Source: Lagopus muta (lineage: Eukaryota). Taken from it: a stretch of 64,000 nucleotides of DNA. Of the stretch, positions 60,094 through 64,000 are shown piece after piece. The translations under genes and the position numbers were made by a program. The stretch spans positions 177,435,076 to 177,499,075 of the forward strand of contig NC_064433.1 in NCBI RefSeq assembly GCF_023343835.1, read 5' to 3'. The notes beneath the pieces were generated by a model. The model saw only the letters and a program-made list of their open reading frames with translations, searched no databases and had not been told where the DNA came from. Numbering within the stretch: position 1 is the first letter of the stretch; each line of letters opens with the position of its first letter.

Positions 60094-61508
60094 GTAATTC
60101 AGAATGTGATTTGGTAAAAAGTGTAAGTAATTTATACTGCAAGTTTGAATGAATTCTGAATCCCAATTCAGATATTCTCAATTTGTATAGCTTTCTTAAG
60201 CAGGGATTACGTTTCACTAGTACAATGGAGAGCAATAGTAGGAGAGGCTCTGGCTTGAGATTGTGACAGATGTGCTGTGCTGGCTGAAGAGGTGTGTGCA
60301 GCGTGGGGTGATGATAGTGTAGAAGCACATTCTGGTATAGGCTTAGTAGATTAGCAGTCACAATTACTGCACTCAATCTGATTCATTACAATCTCCTCTC
60401 CACTGTTACACAGCAAAAGTAGTGATGTTGAGGAAGAGTGTAAGGCCACAACTTTTTAGTTTGTTACCAGGAGTTATGTTTGTTTAAGCGTCTATGTGTG
60501 GCTAAGAAATAACAATGCTTGTGGGAGAAGCCTTCTCATGGATGTTAGAAGCTTTTTGTTGTTGCTGTTGTTGATGGAATAAAAGTAGTGGTTGGCACTG
60601 TTTTGGAGCTCTGCCTTGTCTGCCTTGCCTGTCATAACATGAAATACTTGTTCCAGGCAGTACTGGGTTGACCCCAGGCAGCCACTTGGTCACCCTGCCT
60701 CAGAATTCAATGGAGGTGAATTAGAAGAAGTAAAATGACATTTGTGGGTTGAGATAAAGACACTTTATCTTCACAACAAGTGAAGAAAAGAGGGGAAGAG
60801 ACCCCAGCATTAAGAAGGTGGCCATCTCCCACAACCAGACCGATGCACAGTTGGTCCTGTGTAGTTTTAGAAAACCAAGTCTGCAGTTCTCATTGCTGAA
60901 CATGATGTTGTGTGGCATGGAACTCTTGGTCACTTTGGATCAACTCTTCTGGCTCTGACCTCTCTCTCTTGCCCATCCCCAGCCTATTTGATGGGGTGAA
61001 CAGAGTGAGCAGCATGAGAAACCAGAGAAAACCTGGATGCTCTGCAAGAAGTGTTCAACAACAGCGCAAAAACGTTGGATGTTACCATCACTGTTTTGGT
61101 CACAAATCCAAAGCAGCACCATATGGACTGCTGTAAAGAAAGTTTACTCCATCCTAGCCAGACCCAGAATGCAGGCTGATCTCTGTAGGATTTCTGTGAA
61201 CCAATGTGAAGGACATACCATAGAAATTATCAGTATGACTACAATCTGAGTGCGAGTCTGATGGCTCGGGCAGAAGAATGGCTGGTCGCAATGGCAATTT
61301 TATTTAGCTGTGTATGAATAATTTTGTCAAAAGATAATCAACTATTACTACAGTGCATTTTTCAGATTAGCTTTGCCACTCAGTGACTAAAATTCTTCAT
61401 AATTGTCATCGTTTAGGTAATTGTATCCCAGGTCTTTGATTAGCAGTGATGTTAAATGCAATTAAATTATACAGAAATGTTAATTTTTTATTTTTTTAAT
61501 TACTACAG

Positions 61509-61614
61509 ACCTATTAAAGCTGCGATTCAGGAGAAGAAACAGACCTTTGAGGAATTTGTGGAAGAACAGATGAGAATAGAAGAGCAGCGTCTGAAGCAAA
61601 AACAGAAGTTACAG
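61509..61614 (+). CDS. CENPJ: CENPJ exon.
   Basis: (R)[35 protein letters not shown]. Acceptor tactacag|A, donor CAG|GTTTTC. It matches human [34 protein letters not shown]. Confidence 0.75.
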
Positions 61615-61954
61615 GTTTTCTATTCTTTCTGACTTGTTTTTTAAATATTATACCGTGGTGTGATGGGTGTTTTAAGAACTTAGACAGCAGGTTCTGGCAT
61701 CAAAAGCTAATGCTGCAATATTCACATCTTAATAATTCATCTTCGAAATAAAACAATAAGTCCTAACTATTTTGTTTAAGATGCTTTCAGAAATCCAGTA
61801 GAAGTAAATGCGCTTTATAAATTCCTACTAATATGTGGGGTTTATTTGGAAAACAAGCAAAAAAAACCAAGCAAATTCAAAAACCCAGCAACTTAAAACT
61901 GCACGAGGGATTTAATGTTGTGTGTGTGTGTTAATTTTCCTTATCCCCTTTCAG

Positions 61955-63560
61955 GAGACATATGGATCAGCCATTCAAAAACCTGTGATCAAACGACCCT
62001 TCCTAAAAAGAGGAGAAGGCCTAACAAGGTTTACTAATGCCAGATCTAAGATAGCAAAGTTTCGGGAAAACATGCTGAAGTCTCCACAGAGGGCTTCAGA
62101 TGACAGAAATGTGAGAGTGGACAGATCACAAATGCAAAAGAAAAGTCTGCCTTCTGGCAAAGAACTGGTTTCTGAGAGCGCTCTTACACCATGTAAAAAC
62201 AATAACCAGCCTGACAAAGCCAAACGTCCTCTTCAGAAGACCCTGGTACTCAGAAATCACAATGGAAAAAATTCCTTGCCACTAGAAACAAGAATGCAAC
62301 CGGGAAAAAATCTTAATGGACAGATTAAGGTTTCTTTTTCGCCAGAAGTCAACAATAAAATAGAAAATAAAGAGAATGTAGTGGAATTTACTAAGTCTAG
62401 CACTGGCAGCAAAATCAGAAACAAACTACCTTACACAGAAAAGCCTCCATTATCTTGTGAGATGGCTGATGCCTTTTCTAATTCTAACTGTTCTGTGACT
62501 CACTCTGTAAAGGATTCAGAACTGTCTTTTGAAGTTTCATTTCAGAATAAGTTGGAAAACTGGGAAAAAGAAAAGGAAAAAGAAAACCTGGAATTAGATG
62601 AATTTTTGTTTCTAGAACAGGCTGCAGATGAAATATCTTTCTCAAGTAATTCTTCATTTGTGCAAAGGATCTTAGATCGAGATCAGCAAACTTCACAAGG
62701 ACGCAGAATGTCCTCTACCCCTATCAAGGCAAAACAGCAGCAAGTAAAGGAATTTGCAGTTAAACTCATTAATAAGAAAAAGGCAGAATGTGTGGCTGTG
62801 GGAAATAAAAATGATAAAGCAGTTAATCGTGCGATGTCAAATTCAGAAACAGCTTCTAGACTAAAGGATCCACTGAATAAAGCAGATAGTGTAACGTTTT
62901 CAGGTTCTTTCATGACAGCAGCTCCTGCTTTAAAAAGTACTCAGTGGATTGTGAATGAAGACAAAGATGAAGAAAATGGTAATAGTACTACAGATTCTGA
63001 GCAAGAATTTGAGACCACTTTAAAATATGAAAATGAAGATGTTAAGACATCCTTTATGAGCCATAGAGAAAGCGATCCAGAATTGTTAGATTATGGGAGT
63101 TCTGCTACAGATATCAGCAAAGAAAGCAAAAATGGAAGTGCCAACCTTGACTTGTCAGACAAAGATGCACAGTCAAACCAAAAGGTTGGAAAAGCTTCAG
63201 ACCACCAAAGAAGCATGTCTAGTGTAAACAGGAATAAGTTTGAGTTTGATGATGAGAGAACATGGAGTGATCTTGATGAAAATTATGTTCATGATGGTTT
63301 ACCTGAAAAATACACTACAACGCCCTCACAGACTGACTTTTTCAGTAAGAATGATACACCTTTCCCAGATAGAGCATTAAAGAGAAAAGTTGCCTCAAAG
63401 AGGGGGGAAGAACTGTCTAAACAGCCTGCAGTGGACAGCGATTCAAATGGACCTCCATCAGACCTGATGGTGAAACTGTTTCCCTCACTGAGACCAAAAC
63501 AGAAGACAGGTTGTCATCCAGAGCATGAAATCAAATCAAATGTGGAACAGGAGTCAGGAG
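61955..63560 (+). CDS. CENPJ: CENPJ large central exon (about 535 codons). The gene continues past the window end.
   Basis: ETYGSAIQKPVIKRPFLKRGEGLTRFTNARSKIAKF...SFQNKLENWEKEKEKENLELDEFLFLEQAADEISFSSNSSFVQRILDRDQQ...KFEFDDERTWSDLDEN...LKRKVASKRGEELSK...LMVKLFPSLRPKQK. Acceptor cccctttcag|GAG, donor G|GTGAGA. Long blocks are identical to human CENPJ (PFLKRGEGLARFTNAKSK; KEKENLELDEFLFLEQAADEISFSSNSSFV; MDFDDERTW; KRGEDLSK; MMKFFPSLKPK). Confidence 0.7.
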
Positions 63561-64000
63561 GTGAGAGAACAGCAACTGGTAGGAAATGTTGAAGAATACA
63601 TGTTTTACAAGTCTTTCCTTCTAAGGCTTACGCTGCAGCTTGATGCTACACCAAAAGGTACAGACTTCTACTGTAGGCACCCTTCATCTCTTCTGGTGTC
63701 TGGTGCCACATGCAGTCATTGCACAGCCTGCAGAATGATAAGTTCAGTGAAACCCTTCATTTATTTCACCCTGAAGTCTAGTTTTTTGTCTCATCACCTC
63801 ATTCAACTAACTTAATCCAAAGGCGCTTGACCACTGTTTCAAACTCAAGCAAAGAGGCAAAAGTGTGCTGAAAATGAAGCAGTGCCTCCCTTTCCAGTGA
63901 GTGCATCTACACCGCATTTGGGTAGTGCCATGCACTCCTAGGTTACATTGTTCCTGTAGTAAAACTGGATGCGTCAGCAATGTCTGTTTTCTCTCTGCAG

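Noticed and set aside
1-64000. Prokaryote-style features (CRISPR arrays, operons, defence islands, rRNA or tRNA clusters).
   Set aside because: The sequence is clearly vertebrate: long introns, canonical GT-AG splicing, CR1 LINEs and CpG islands. No direct-repeat/spacer arrays or structured RNA genes were seen. I cannot exclude small intronic ncRNAs (snoRNA or miRNA) by eye.

Overview
This window is vertebrate genomic DNA, almost certainly avian. It contains many CR1 (chicken-repeat-1) LINE 3' fragments with the characteristic (ATTCTRTG)n tails, long AT-rich introns with short exons, and two CpG islands. There are no prokaryotic features: no operons, CRISPR arrays or rRNA genes. I recognise three protein-coding genes from exon translations that match what I remember of their human orthologues. 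Gene 1 is MPHOSPH8 (MPP8), the chromodomain subunit of the HUSH complex, on the minus strand. Its start codon is at 9892 inside a CpG island. Exon 2 (5990-6145) encodes the second half of the chromodomain (VILYKVRWKGYTSDDDTWEPE). Exon 3 (4262-5116) is a long Lys/Ser/Glu-rich exon, and further exons lie at 1554-1650 and 291-536. The gene continues off the left edge. Gene 2 is PARP4 (vault poly-ADP-ribose polymerase), on the minus strand. It spans coding exon 1 at 52211-52336 (MTIFANCVFFIKVKHLP...) to its stop codon at 10651-10653. I resolved 27 phase-consistent exons, including BRCT, PARP-catalytic (GLLMPKVVVEDHGVERTDTGNLGSGIYFSDS), VIT (YVFPLDDKAAVCGFEAF) and vWA (IIILLDCSNSMAG) pieces. Several more small exons must exist that I did not resolve. 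Gene 3 is CENPJ (CPAP), on the plus strand. Its CpG island is at about 55.2-55.9 kb and the start codon is at 56152 (MPTVEELSSEQNFIAHWMSSNSRAG). Further exons are at 57507-57630, 59961-60093 and 61509-61614, and the large exon 61955-63560 runs toward the right edge. The arrangement is CENPJ and PARP4 head-to-head, with PARP4 running directly into MPHOSPH8 in tandem, which is unusually compact. The PARP4 poly(A) signal is about 300 bp from the MPHOSPH8 CpG-island promoter. The only CpG island near PARP4 is the one at the CENPJ 5' end, about 3 kb from its first coding exon, which suggests a bidirectional promoter with a non-coding PARP4 first exon. Other observations include a 98%-identical inverted pair of young CR1 copies in PARP4 introns, CR1 insertions tightly flanking the MPHOSPH8 promoter, and several homopolymer or microsatellite tracts sitting directly on splice signals. 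I found no novel mobile or defence 'system'. All exon coordinates come from manual splice-site and reading-frame reconstruction without alignment tools, so individual boundaries may be off by a few nucleotides.
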